DNA from: Octopus sinensis
Taxonomy: Eukaryota
Length of the DNA stretch: 64,000 nucleotides
NCBI RefSeq assembly: GCF_006345805.1
Contig: NC_043004.1
Span: forward strand, 83,080,001 to 83,144,000
Reading direction: 5' to 3'
Below are positions 42,628-56,847 of the stretch, piece by piece. The first letter of the stretch is position 1. Each line of letters opens with the position of its first letter. A program made the translations under genes and the position numbers. Below the pieces are notes generated by a model. The model saw only the letters and a list, made by a program, of their open reading frames with translations. It did no database searches and was not told the DNA's origin.

Positions 42628-43930
42628 GGCTGCTCAACCACTCAAATGTGGAAGTGATATATCTCGACTTTGCAAAGGCCTTTGATAAAGTCGATCATGG
42701 AATGATATGTCACAAACTGCGTGATCTCAACATAGTTGGAAAACTGGGAGAATGGCTTCATGACTTTCTGAAGGATAGAAGTCAGGTGGTAGTAGCCAAT
42801 GGGGCCACCTCCATTAACACACAAATAGTGAGCGGTGTTCCGCAGGGCACTGTTCTGGGACCACTACTGTTCATAATGGCCCTCTCAGACATGCCCTCAG
42901 CCACGCAGAGAGCCACGATCACAAGTTATGCAGATGATACAAAAGTTTCACAGGCAATACAGAACCCTGAGGACACTAAACACCTGCAATGTGAGCTGGA
43001 CGAAATATACAAGTGGGCTGAAAAGAATAGCATGCAGTTCAATGCTGGAAAGTTTCAAGCTTTATACTATCAGCATGCAAAACTGAATGCAATACCCAAT
43101 GAATACACTGGACCCGGAGGGATTGCAATCCCAGAGGCACAATCAGTGCGTGACCTGGGTATTCACATGAGTGATGACGCGACCTTTCATGTACATGTTG
43201 CTAAACTGACACTGAAATGTAGACGGCTGGCTGGATGGATTCTTAGAACCTTTAGAACAAGAGAACAAGAAACCATGATGGTCCTCTGGAAGACACTTGT
43301 CCTAAGCCACTTTGACTATTGCTCTCAGCTATGGTCACCATCCAGTGTCAAGTTGATCACAGAACTTGAGGCGACCCAACGAAGCTACACAAAGAAGATA
43401 GCCTCTATGCAGAATGTAAGCTACTGGGAAAGACTCAAGAGATTAAAATTATATTCCCTGGAGCGTAGGCGGGAAAGATATGCCATAATATACATCTGGA
43501 AGATCCTGGAGGGAAGTGTCCTGAACTTTGGCATCGAGAGTTACGCAAATGCCAGAACTGGGCCCCACTGCGTGGTGCCTAGGACTCCAAACCTGCCATC
43601 AAGATGTAGGACAAGATTCTGTGATAGCCTGGGCTTCCGAGGCCCACAGCTCTTCAATATCCTCCCGAAGAACCTGAGAGACCTGCATGGGGTGGATACA
43701 GATGTCTTTAAAATGAAGCTGGATCTCTTCCTGTCAGGTGTCCCAGATGAACCAACTTCACGGCAGGAGGGGCAGATGAGGGCAGCTGCATCGAACTCTC
43801 TCATGCACCAAATAGCAGTTGCTAGAAAGCCTCCATGAAGTGAAACCAAGTAGCAACACCAAATGGCGGTGCCCCAGCATGGCCACAGCTCATAAGCTGA
43901 AACTAGAATCAATCAATCAATCAATCAATC
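42628..43930 (+). mobile_element. CR1/jockey-group LINE, 5'-truncated, open RT C-terminal frame, (AATC)n tail
   Basis: ORF 42594-43838 ([29 protein letters not shown]). 3' UTR GGCGGTGCCCCAGCATGGCCACAG and tail at 43907-43930. Inserted in one arm of a foldback (about 42560-44120). Confidence 0.93.
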
Positions 43931-44115
43931 ATAATAGAAAAGTTAAAATTAAAATTGAAATAGGTAATACCTATTACATACATTATATTATTTTTGTAAT
44001 TTACTTAATCTTTACTTTTTAATTGTTATTTTAATTTTAACTTTTCTATTATATGTAATTTTCTAGATGGTGTAACTTAATTATTCATTTTGAATTTATA
44101 AACGGTGGTATTTTC

Positions 44116-44179
<64 letters not shown>

Positions 44180-44182
<3 letters not shown>

Positions 44183-44586
44183 GTTTAAATATTTGTTGTG
44201 CAAGATTTTTTATGTGAAGTCGTGTGTTGAAACAGATATTGTTATATTTCGGAATGGTCATTTTGCCAGTTTAGCCAATAAATATTACAGACATCCCCCA
44301 CATACACACACTAAATAAACATAAACGCACATAGAGATATAAGCATGCGCAAATGAAGACATACAATAGAAATACAAAATGGCTGACGGTTAGTAAGGAG
44401 AGACACAAATAAGTGAGAAGAAAACAAAGGACCACTGATGCGGTCACAGGAGAGTGACGAAAGAACTATGGCCGAAATAAGATTAAGATTAATGTAAAAA
44501 TAAATAACACTGAAGCAAAGTAACACCAAATATATAGTGCGTGTGTTTTTATTGGCTAAACTGGCAAAATGACCATTCCGAAATAT

Positions 44587-44639
<53 letters not shown>

Positions 44640-45050
44640 CATGCATATATACATATTGATAGAAGTGGCAAGACAACAAAAGAATGAAAGAGACCACGAT
44701 ATTATGTAAACAGAAGTATTTATCTGTAAATATATTATGTGACAACTATTTGGTAGCCATGATAAAACTCCGAGTTTCGGATGCCGGGGAGGAAACCTAC
44801 GTCGGCATGTATGGACATGCGCGCCTACGCGATTCCTATGAACATTTTTACTCTCTTAACTTTACTCCGTCCCCTTACTTAGTGGTCATTCTAATAGCTC
44901 TTTTGTCTTAATAACGGTCAATAACACAGTAATTTCCCTTTATTTTAACGGTCATTTTCATCGCATTTTTTTCAATAGCCTGATAACTAAAGACATGCCG
45001 GTGTGGGTTTTCGCCCCGACATCCGAAACTCGGAGTTTTATCATGGGAAA
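44180..45050. repeat. Two (TA)n-bounded foldback elements with decayed hammerhead motifs
   Basis: Inverted arms 44236-44283/44548-44595 with CCA-CTGATGC-GTCAC..GTGAC-GAAA at 44432-44471. Arms 44757-44789/45014-45046 with a decayed CT[G]AAGA..GAAAC motif. Confidence 0.6.
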
Positions 45051-45077
45051 CGAATAATGGTTACATATTATATTTAC

Positions 45078-45720
<643 letters not shown>

Positions 45721-45909
45721 TTTTGATAATCAGTGAATAGACTTCACTGAATATAGATATATACAATTGCGAAGTCGAGGCAAATATCACCACCCCCCTC
45801 TTTTTTTTGGTTATTGTGGTGTGTTTGTTTCGAGTGCGTCATTGTGAAGAGGTTGTGAGTTCGAGTTCGTTGGAGGACGTTGAAAAGTTTTTGTTGGAGA
45901 TTTTTGAAA

Positions 45910-47253
45910 ATGCAAGAGCAGACTTATGCGAGAGCAGCAGGCAGAGGCCTAGTTGCCAGTGAACAGGAAATGGAAGAAGTGGTGGTCGAACAGAAAACTC
46001 TAGAGAAGTATTTCGACAGTTTAAAGAGGGAGGGTGACTGCGTGAGAGTCACACCGTCCGAGGAGGAAGAAAGCAACACGGAGAAGCGTATGATTACGTA
46101 CAGGACATGGTGTGTGGCGTCGAAAAAAGTTGAAGTAGCAGAAACGGAAGAAGTAGAAAAGTGTCTGAAGGAAATTGAGGGTGAACCCACATTTTACAAA
46201 AGAGGTAGGAAATATGCCACAGTGGTGGTATATTTTAAAACAGAAAATGAAGCAAAAAAGAATGCAACAAGAATTTTGAAAACGGATAAGTGGACTTTAC
46301 TACCAAGTTACTGCGGAAGGAGGGCAGTGAGGATGAGAATTAGCAGAATTTCGCCCGAATTTAATATGGAGAGGTTGTTGGCGGCAGTGGTTTTCAACTG
46401 CAAGGATAGTGTGGAGGTGTTGAAGGTGGAGAAGTCAACAGAGGTTAAGTGGTGGGGATATACGGTGCAGGTTCTGGCACACATAACCGTGCGAGACCTG
46501 TACAACATCCCGGAGGAGTTGGTCTACCCTGATGAGACACGGCTTAGAGTCGTGGTAGAGGGAAGACCCCCAGTCTGCTATAATTGTAAATCAAGGGGCC
46601 ACCTGAAGGATGTGTGCCCGCGGGAAAAAACGAAAGCACCGGAGGCTGTAATAGAGGAGTGTAAAGATACGTGTGTGGAGGAGGGAGAAGTGCAGGAGGA
46701 AACAAAAGAGCAGCTAAATGAGGATACGGAAGAAGAACGAGCAAGTGCAGAGGAGGAAAGAACAGAAGATAGGAAGAGAACAAGGGTGGAATCACCACAG
46801 GAAGTGCAAAAAAAGAAAAAAATCAAAAGCAAGATAACAGAAGAAAAAGAAGAGAGAACACGCAAAGAAAAGGAAGTAAAAGAGAAGGCGAGAGAGCAGC
46901 CAAGGTCAGAGTTTGACCAAGAATGGGAGACAAGAGTGAAAGAGCAGTTGGAAGCGTGTAAAAAGGGAAGAAGGCCTGCAAGAAAAAACCTGAAAGTAGT
47001 TGTGATGTATATCAAGAATACAGAACTGGAAAAGAGACTTGCAGGTAGGAAAGGGTTGGTCAGGGTGAAGTTGAACCCAAAACTGTATGGTGACGATGTA
47101 AAAGGCGCAGTTATAGAAAAAGAAACATTCACAAAATTAAAAAATATATTTAATGCTATTTATATAACGCATTATGTACGGTATGACAATTTACCAAATG
47201 TTATTGACCAAATGGACTTAATAGAATATATGACGGACGAACGTCCAATATAA
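45910..47253 (+). CDS. Tx1/L1-ORF1-like (Gag-like) CCHC zinc-knuckle protein, unit A1, intact 447 aa
   Basis: MQEQTYA start, RRM-like region, RLRVVVEGRPPVCYNCKSRGHLKDVC (CX2CX4HX4C), K/E-rich linker and a C-terminal domain. No RT follows. Confidence 0.85.
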   Translation: MQEQTYARAAGRGLVASEQEMEEVVVEQKTLEKYFDSLKREGDCVRVTPSEEEESNTEKRMITYRTWCVASKKVEVAETEEVEKCLKEIEGEPTFYKRGRKYATVVVYFKTENEAKKNATRILKTDKWTLLPSYCGRRAVRMRISRISPEFNMERLLAAVVFNCKDSVEVLKVEKSTEVKWWGYTVQVLAHITVRDLYNIPEELVYPDETRLRVVVEGRPPVCYNCKSRGHLKDVCPREKTKAPEAVIEECKDTCVEEGEVQEETKEQLNEDTEEERASAEEERTEDRKRTRVESPQEVQKKKKIKSKITEEKEERTRKEKEVKEKAREQPRSEFDQEWETRVKEQLEACKKGRRPARKNLKVVVMYIKNTELEKRLAGRKGLVRVKLNPKLYGDDVKGAVIEKETFTKLKNIFNAIYITHYVRYDNLPNVIDQMDLIEYMTDERPI

Positions 47254-47657
47254 AAGAATTAGAATATATGTAATGTTAAAAAGTAAAATTGTTAATTGTA
47301 AAATTGTAAAATGTAAAATTGTATTTTGAACTGGAATATATGTAATAGTGAAATGTACAATTGTATTTTAAACGGAACTGCGAGTTGGGGGTTCGTAAGC
47401 CGTTCCATCTCATTATATATAATTCATCTTTATTTCATATTTTATTTTTACTTTATGTACCCCACGTCCCGTCTTGTAATGTCCCGTCTGAATTAGGGCC
47501 ATCTTGCCCAGAATAAAGATATAATATCACCAGCCGACCTTTTTTTTTTTGGAGTCGTTATTCTGGTGTGTTGGTTTCGAGTGCGTCATTGCGAAGAGGT
47601 TGTGACTTCGAGTTCGTTGCTGGAGGACGTGGTGGATTTTATTTGGAAATTTTGAAA

Positions 47658-48978
47658 ATGCAAGACCAGACGTATGCGAGAGATGCAGGCAGAGGCGTGG
47701 TTGCGAGTGAACTAGAAATGGAAAAAGTGGTAGTCGAGAAGAAGACTTTAGAAAAATATTTCGACAGTTTGAATAGGGAGGGTGACTGCGTGAGAGTCAC
47801 ACCGTCTAAAGAAGAAGAAAACAACGCGGAGAAACGTATGATAACATACAGGACATGGTGTGTGGCGTCAAGAAAAATAGAAGTAGCAGAGACGGAAGAA
47901 ATAGAGAAATGTCTGCAAGGAATTGAGGGTGAACCTACCTTTTTCAACAGAGGAAGGAAATATGCCACAGTGGTGGTACACTTTAAAATCGGAAAGTTGG
48001 ACTTTATTACCCAGTTTCTGCGGAAAGAGGGCAGTCACAATAAGAATTAGTAGGATTTCGCCCGAACTTAACATGGAGAGGATATTAGCGGCAGTAGTTT
48101 TCAACTGCCAGGAAAGTGTGGAGGTGGTGAAGGTGGAAAAGTCAACAGAAGTTAAGTGGTGGGGATATGCGGTACAGGTTCTGGCACATATAACCGTGCC
48201 AGACCTATACAACATCCCGGAGGAGTTGGTCTTCCCTGATGAGACACGGCTTAGAGTCGTGGTAGAGGGAAGACCCCCAGTCTGTTATAATTGCAAATTA
48301 AGAGGCCACATGAAGGATGTGTGCCCGCTGGAGAAAACGATAGCACCGGAGGCTGTAACGAAGGAGTGGAAAGATACGTGTGTGGAGGAGGGAGAAGTGC
48401 AGGAGGGAACGAAAGCAGTGGAGGCGCAAACGGAGGATCAGCTAATTGAGGATGTGGAAGAAGAACGTGCAAGTGCAGAGGATGAAAGAACAGAAGATAG
48501 GAAGAGAACAAGGGTGGAATCACCACCGAAAGTTCTAAAAAAGAAAAAAATCAAAAGCAAGATAACAGAAGAAAAAGAAGAGAGAACGTGCAAAGAAAAG
48601 GACGAACAGACAAAGACAGAGGTAAACCTAGAATGGAGAAAAAAAGTGAGATAACAGTTGGATGCTTGTAAAAAGGGAACAAGACCTGTAGGAAAATACC
48701 TGAAAGTATGCGTGTTGTACGTGAAAGACACAGAAGTGGAAAAAAGTCTTGCAGGTAGGAAAGGATTGATTATGGTTAAATTACACCCAAAACTGCATGA
48801 TGACGATGTGAAATTGGTAGTTGTAGATAGAGGAACATTTACTAAATTGAAAAGTATGTTTGATGAGGTTTATTTAACGTATTATGTATGTTATGACAAT
48901 TTGCCAAATGTGATAGACCAGATGGAATTAACAAAGTACATTACGGACGAACGTCCAATAGAACTGGAATATATGTAA
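47658..48978 (+). pseudogene. CCHC ORF1-like, unit A2 (41-nt deletion frameshift at about 47985, stop at 48652)
   Basis: Paralogue of A1 split into ORFs 47568, 47923 and 48658. Confidence 0.85.
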
Positions 48979-49354
48979 TTGTAAAATTGTAAATTGTAAA
49001 ATTGTAAAATGTAAAATTGTAAAATGTAAAATTGTAACATTGTAAATTGTAAAATTGTAAAATGTAAAATTGTATTTTAAACGGAACTGCGAGTTGGGGG
49101 CTCTTAAGCCATTCCATCTAACTCATTACACATAATTCATCTTCATTTCATATTTTATTTTTACTTTATGTAATGTCCCCTCTGCATTCGGGCTATCGTG
49201 CCCATAATAAAGATATAATATCACCAGCCGACCTATTTTTTTTTTTTGGAGTCGTTATTCTGGTGTGTTTGTTTTGAGTGCGTCATTGTGAAGAGGTTGT
49301 GACTTCGAGTTCGTTGCTGGAGGACGTAGTGAATTTTATTTGGAGATTTTGAAA

Positions 49355-50677
49355 ATGCAAGACCAGACGTATGCGAGAGCAGCAGGCAGAGGCCTGGTTG
49401 CGTGTAAACTAGAAATGAAAGAAGTGGTAGTAGAGAAGAAGACTTTAGAAAAATATTTCGACAGTTTGAATAGGGAGGGTGACTGCGTGAGAGTCACACC
49501 GTCCGAAGAAGAGGAAAACAACGCGGAGAAACGTATGATAACATACAGGACATGGTGTGTGGCGTCAAGAAAAATAGAAGTAGCAGAGACGGAAGAAATA
49601 GAGAAATGTCTGCATGGAATTGAGGGTGAACCTACCTTTTTCAACAGAGGAAGGAAATATGCCACAGTGGTGGTACACTTTAAAATCGGAAAGTTGGACT
49701 TTATTACCCAGTTTCTGCGGAAAGAGGGCAGTCACAATAAGAATTAGTAGGATTTCGCCCGAACTTAACATGGAGAGGATATTAGCGGCAGTAGTTTTCA
49801 ACTGCCAGGAAAGTGTGGAGGTGGTGAAGGTGGAAAAGTCAACAGAAGTTAAGTGGTGGGGATATGCGGTACAGGTTCTGGCACATATAACCGTGCCAGA
49901 CCTATACAACATCCCGGAGGAGTTGGTCTTCCCTGATGAGACACGGCTTAGAGTCGTGGTAGAGGGAAGACCCCCAGTCTGTTATAATTGCAAATTAAGA
50001 GGCCACATGAAGGATGTGTGCCCGCTGGAGAAAACGATAGCACCGGAGGCTGTAACGAAGGAGTGGAAAGATACGTGTGTGGAGGAGGGAGAAGTGCAGG
50101 AGGGAACGAAAGCAGTGGAGGCGCAAACGGAGGAGCAGCTAATTGAGGATGTGGAAGAAGAACGTTTAAGTGCAGAGGATGAAAGAACAGAAGATAGGAA
50201 GAGAACAAGGGTGGAATCACCACCGAAAGTTCTAAAAAATAAAAAAATAAAAAGCAAGATAACAGAAGAAAAAGAAGAGAGAACGCGCAAAGAAAAGGAA
50301 GTAAAAGAGAAGGCGAGAGAGCAGACAATGACAGAGGATGACCAAGAATGGGAGCCAAAAGTGAAAGAGCAGTTGGAAGCTTGTAAAAAGGGAAGAAGAC
50401 CTGTAGGAAAAACCTGAAAGCATTCGTGATGTATATCAAAGACACAGAAGTGGAAAAAAGACTTGCAGGTAGGAAAGGATTGATCAGGGTGAAGTTGCAC
50501 CCAAAACTGTATGGTGACAATGTGAAAGGGGTAGTTATAGAAAAAGAGACATTTACAAAATTGAAAAGGATATTTAATGCTGTTTATGTAGCGCAATATG
50601 TTCGTTATGACAATTTGCCAAATGTGATAGAACAGATGGTATTGATAGAGTATATGACGGACGAACGTCCAATATAA
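49355..50677 (+). pseudogene. CCHC ORF1-like, unit A3 (same 41-nt deletion; frameshift near 50410)
   Basis: Paralogue split into ORFs 49340, 49614 and 50426. Confidence 0.85.
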
Positions 50678-50923
50678 AAGAACTTGAATACATGTAATGT
50701 TAAAATGTAAAATTGTAAATTGTAAAATTGTATTTTAAACGAAACTGCGAGTTGGGGGCTCCTAAGCCATTCCATCTAACTCATTACACATAATTCATCT
50801 TCATTTCATATTTTATCTTTTACTTTATGTACCCCACGTCCCGTCTTGTAATGTCCCCTCTGCATTCGGGCCATCGTGCCCATAATAAAGATATAATATC
50901 ACCAGCTGACCGGTGTCTGTTAC

Positions 50924-50968
50924 TCTAGGCCGATGAAGGAAAACGATCCTGAAACACGTGTCCCTAGA
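50924..50968 (+). ncRNA. Minimal type I hammerhead ribozyme (CCGANGA core variant, palindromic stem III)
   Basis: TCTAGG-CCGATGA-AGGA(aaacga)TCCT-GAAAC(acgt)GTC-CCTAGA. Confidence 0.72.
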
Positions 50969-51155
50969 TGCAGTTCCGGCAGTGTTTGTCTCCCCTTCGT
51001 AAACGTATATAAGGACACAGGGAAAAATGTGTTAAAGCCATCAGGAGGCGTTCGATGCTTCCTAGGGCTATACAGCGGTGGTGTCCCCCCTACTGTCACG
51101 TTCTTGTTAGATTGACAGTATACAACTATTCTATATATATATATATATTTACATA

Positions 51156-51238
<83 letters not shown>

Positions 51239-51239
51239 C

Positions 51240-52438
<1,199 letters not shown>

Positions 52439-52553
52439 ATATACATGCTGACATAGAAACTTAACTATGGTCTATCTATAGCACTTATTCGGCATTACCT
52501 GACACATTTAGGTCTCAATGACACCATTATCACTTATAACATCAACATCTCGC

Positions 52554-52585
<32 letters not shown>

Positions 52586-53664
52586 TATATATATATACAT
52601 CGTCGGTAAATCATAAATCCGAAAAGGAAGTTGCAGAGCGGTATAGTATAAAACTAGATAAGGCCGTTCTATGAGAATACCCTGGGTTTCAAGTCCATAA
52701 AGCGTTTAGCTTCACCACTTATTATCAGACCCCGAAACCTGTTGGCACATGGCCCCTCTAACAAGCGCTTTTCTTTACTTCGCTAGCATGTCAGATTTTC
52801 GATAGGAAGAGGATTCATGCTAATCACTCGAAACTTTGGGGGAAAAAATGTGCCGTGTATGCTTCTACCATGAGCATCGTATCAGGGGACAAGGAACGAA
52901 ACCAGGACCTGATTTCAATATTTTGAATGGTTTTTTTTTATATATATATTAGCATTAAAGACCCGTCGTTGCCGGGTCATAGTGCTAGTGCATGTATATA
53001 TGTGTATACATATGTGTACATATTACATGTACATCTATATATACATCTACACATAAAATACAAAATACAAAGTTATATCTTGATATCGCTAGTGATAACA
53101 ATATTCAAAATATATCACAGACTGGAATTGTTAGCCCGTCTCTTGTAATTTCGATCAATTGTATCTTGTCCTCCCTCTTGTATAGAAGTGTGGCTCCAAT
53201 CCAGCCTACTTCTACTGCTGGGGGGGGGGGCATTTAAATTTTTTTCCCGGGACGTCCTACGTCCCAGATATAATATTTCCACTTTGCAATTTCGAGTCGA
53301 GTACTCCCTTCCATGCTCCGTTGACTCGAACCTTGCTTCTATTGTGTCGAATTTACCGCCTCTGATTAGATATCTTTCATAGTCGCACCAAGACACTTTT
53401 CGAAGGTGCTTTCCTCTATGTGATTTTATTACTACCCACAAGGGGCGAACATAGAGGGGACAATACAATCGGGGAACTTAAAATAAGAAAGCGAAATGAC
53501 AAGAAGGGAAAAAATAAAAATAAAAATGACAAATGAAAGAATATTTACAATGAGATGCAAATGCCCACTCGATCCCCGGAATCGAGAGGTTACATTTTCG
53601 TCACCTATAGTTCACAATTTTTTTTTTCTTTTTTCTCTTCTTTCTTCTCTCTCCTCTCACAATC

Positions 53665-55063
53665 TCACACGTATTCCATAATACTTTTCAAGTCTCTAAA
53701 GTCAATCACTGAGCCCTCAGGCAGCCGCTCTTTCACTCGAACACCCGTGTAAAAATTACACTCTCTCCAGCTGCTCTGAGGAACTCAGCGACTCTTTCTT
53801 CGGGGATCAGAGCAGTCTCCTGCCACTGATCAGTCATCCTGTTGACCCACACATGTCCCTCCATACTACATGTCAATTCCTTCATTTCGGGGCTGAAATG
53901 GAAGGTTATTAACTTGTAGTAATCTTGTTTCCGTCCTACGTTTTCTCTCGTTTTTCTTTTCGGGCTTATTTCTTCCTTGTTCTCCTCTCTTTGTTTCTCT
54001 CTTTCTCTCTTTTTGCCTTCTTTTCTTTCTTCTTCCTTCTCTTGTCTTTTTGGTTCTTTGTCTGTTCTCTCTTTCTCTCGTGTTTTATGTTCCTTTTCTT
54101 TTTCTTTTTGTGTGCCGTCTTTTCTTTTCGTTTGGTTCTGTTCTCTCTCTTGTTTTTTTCCTGTTGTTTCTTTTTCCTTTTTCTTTTCCTGACTCTGTTT
54201 TGGTTCTATTTCTTTCTTTTCTTTTATTTCTTTTTCCTTCGTTGACTTATTATTTCCTTTCTCTTGTTGTTTTGTCTCCTTTTCTATGTTTTCTTTTTCA
54301 TTTACCGTATTCTTCTTTTCTTCATTTTCCTTCTCATACTCCGCCATGAATTCATATAACGGGCACTCTTTTTTAATGTGCCCCCTTGTCCCGCACAAGT
54401 AGCAGTTTGGCTTTCTTCCCTCTACAATTACACTGAGGGTTTTCTCGTCTTCGATTTCTATTCTATAGGGGAACCTTTCAATGTCCTCTTTTGTGGCCAT
54501 CAAACACAGTTCTACCCCATATCCTCTCCAATTTACTGCGTTGGACTCCTTAAAGGATTCCACCTCCACTTCCTCTTCTGCTGCTCCTAGAATAGCTGTT
54601 GCCAGCCATTCTGTTTTTACTTCTGGGGGTATATTCGGGATTTTAACCCGGACCCCTCTTCTTCCCTTGTATGAGGGCCACATTATAAATGTTTCCGCTC
54701 TTAGAACAGTGGTAGCCAGTGAGGCTGCAATTTCTTCCGTTGCACATCTCACCTCCACCGTACCAAATTTTTTTCCTCTACTCACGTAGGTCGATTTATC
54801 CATTATGTCTCCCAGACATTTTTCGATCTCTGCTATCTCCACTCTTGCCAGTTTCTTTGTACTTTTGTCCTGGGTTCTATACGTTACAGTTTTGTTTTCC
54901 TTGTCCTCCTTTGCTTTCGCGGGGGGATTAGCTTCACGCTATCACCCTCCCTTTTGAATAGCTTTTCATATTCTTTGATTTTACTTTTCTCAAAGAAAAC
55001 ATCCTTCACGATTATTGCCGAATCATTATTATTCTTTCCCGTGACCCCCGCGTAAGTCGCCAT
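53665..55063 (-). pseudogene. CCHC ORF1-like, unit B2 (two 1-nt homopolymer deletions relative to B1)
   Basis: Near-identical to 55447-56847. Length 1399 versus 1401 nt. Confidence 0.8.
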
Positions 55064-55446
55064 GACTAGAGGGTCAATTCACCTTCTTCAGAAGGTTTCC
55101 AAACGTGGAGGCAAATGCCTCGCGCGATATTAATCACTTTACACAACAAAATTTCAACGTCTAATCACAGATAACAACACACGTGGGTAAATTTCCTCCA
55201 TGTGATTTTATTACTACCCACAAGGGGCGAACATAGAGGGGACAATACAATCGGGGAACTTAAAATAAGAAAGCGAAATGACAAGAAGGGAAAAAATAAA
55301 AATAAAAATGACAAATGAAAGAATATTTACAATGAGATGCAAATGCCCACTCGATCCCCGGAATCGAGAGGTTACATTTTCGTCACCTATAGTTCACAAT
55401 TTTTTTTTTCTTTTTTCTCTTCTTTCTTCTCTCTCCTCTCACAATC

Positions 55447-56847
55447 TCACACGTATTCCATAATACTTTTCAAGTCTCTAAAGTCAATCACTGAGCCCTC
55501 AGGCAGCCGCTCTTTCACTCGAACACCCGTGTAAAAAATTACACTCTCTCCAGCTGCTCTGAGGAACTCAGCGACTCTTTCTTCGGGGATCAGAGCAGTC
55601 TCCTGCCACTGATCAGTCATCCTGTTGACCCACACATGTCCCTCCATACTACATGTCAATTCCTTCATTTCGGGGCTGAAATGGAAGGTTATTAACTTGT
55701 AGTAATCTTGTTTCCGTCCTACGTTTTCTCTCGTTTTTCTTTTCGGGCTTATTTCTTCCTTGTTCTCCTCTCTTTGTTTCTCTCTTTCTCTCTTTTTGCC
55801 TTCTTTTCTTTCTTCTTCCTTCTCTTGTCTTTTTGGTTCTTTGTCTGTTCTCTCTTTCTCTCGTGTTTTATGTTCCTTTTCTTTTTCTTTTTGTGTGCCG
55901 TCTTTTCTTTTCGTTTGGTTCTGTTCTCTCTCTTGTTTTTTTCCTGTTGTTTCTTTTTCCTTTTTCTTTTCCTGACTCTGTTTTGGTTCTATTTCTTTCT
56001 TTTCTTTTATTTCTTTTTCCTTCGTTGACTTATTATTTCCTTTCTCTTGTTGTTTTGTCTCCTTTTCTATGTTTTCTTTTTCATTTACCGTATTCTTCTT
56101 TTCTTCATTTTCCTTCTCATACTCCGCCATGAATTCATATAACGGGCACTCTTTTTTAATGTGCCCCCTTGTCCCGCACAAGTAGCAGTTTGGCTTTCTT
56201 CCCTCTACAATTACACTGAGGGTTTTCTCGTCTTCGATTTCTATTCTATAGGGGAACCTTTCAATGTCCTCTTTTGTGGCCATCAAACACAGTTCTACCC
56301 CATATCCTCTCCAATTTACTGCGTTGGACTCCTTAAAGGATTCCACCTCCACTTCCTCTTCTGCTGCTCCTAGAATAGCTGTTGCCAGCCATTCTGTTTT
56401 TACTTCTGGGGGTATATTCGGGATTTTAACCCGGACCCCTCTTCTTCCCTTGTATGAGGGCCACATTATAAATGTTTCCGCTCTTAGAACAGTGGTAGCC
56501 AGTGAGGCTGCAATTTCTTCCGTTGCACATCTCACCTCCACCGTACCAAATTTTTTTCCTCTACTCACGTAGGTCGATTTATCCATTATGTCTCCCAGAC
56601 ATTTTTCGATCTCTGCTATCTCCACTCTTGCCAGTTTCTTTGTACTTTTGTCCTGGGTTCTATACGTTACAGTTTTGTTTTCCTTGTCCTCCTTTGCTTT
56701 CGCGGGGGGGATTAGCTTCACGCTATCACCCTCCCTTTTGAATAGCTTTTCATATTCTTTGATTTTACTTTTCTCAAAGAAAACATCCTTCACGATTATT
56801 GCCGAATCATTATTATTCTTTCCCGTGACCCCCGCGTAAGTCGCCAT
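55447..56847 (-). CDS. Tx1/L1-ORF1-like CCHC zinc-knuckle protein, unit B1, intact 466 aa
   Basis: MATYAG.., EIEKCL, RGKKFGTVEV, GRRGVRVKIPNIPPE, LSVIVEGRKPNCYLCGTRGHIKKEC, K/E-rich tail. Homologous to A1. Confidence 0.87.
   Translation of the reverse strand: MATYAGVTGKNNNDSAIIVKDVFFEKSKIKEYEKLFKREGDSVKLIPPAKAKEDKENKTVTYRTQDKSTKKLARVEIAEIEKCLGDIMDKSTYVSRGKKFGTVEVRCATEEIAASLATTVLRAETFIMWPSYKGRRGVRVKIPNIPPEVKTEWLATAILGAAEEEVEVESFKESNAVNWRGYGVELCLMATKEDIERFPYRIEIEDEKTLSVIVEGRKPNCYLCGTRGHIKKECPLYEFMAEYEKENEEKKNTVNEKENIEKETKQQEKGNNKSTKEKEIKEKKEIEPKQSQEKKKEKETTGKKQEREQNQTKRKDGTQKEKEKEHKTREKERTDKEPKRQEKEEERKEGKKREREKQREENKEEISPKRKTRENVGRKQDYYKLITFHFSPEMKELTCSMEGHVWVNRMTDQWQETALIPEERVAEFLRAAGESVIFYTGVRVKERLPEGSVIDFRDLKSIMEYV

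Larger units (their letters stand above)
45783..50911 (+). mobile_element. Tandem array of three ORF1-only (HAL1-like) non-autonomous elements
   Basis: Junction sequence AATATCACCA(GCYGACC) at 45783, 47523, 49217 and 50895. Each unit ends AATAAAGATAT. Confidence 0.7.

Noticed and set aside
45783-50911. LTR retrotransposon or endogenous retrovirus interpretation of the Gag-like array
   Set aside because: No TG..CA LTRs, PBS, protease, RT or integrase. The flanking repeat carries a hammerhead, and the protein resembles non-LTR ORF1.
53925-56839. Phe/Ser/Leu-rich plus-strand ORFs that look like membrane proteins (also 46578-47132, 49948-50596, 36596-37414, 136-543)
   Set aside because: They are antisense shadows of K/E-rich, N-rich or RT coding sequence on the other strand.
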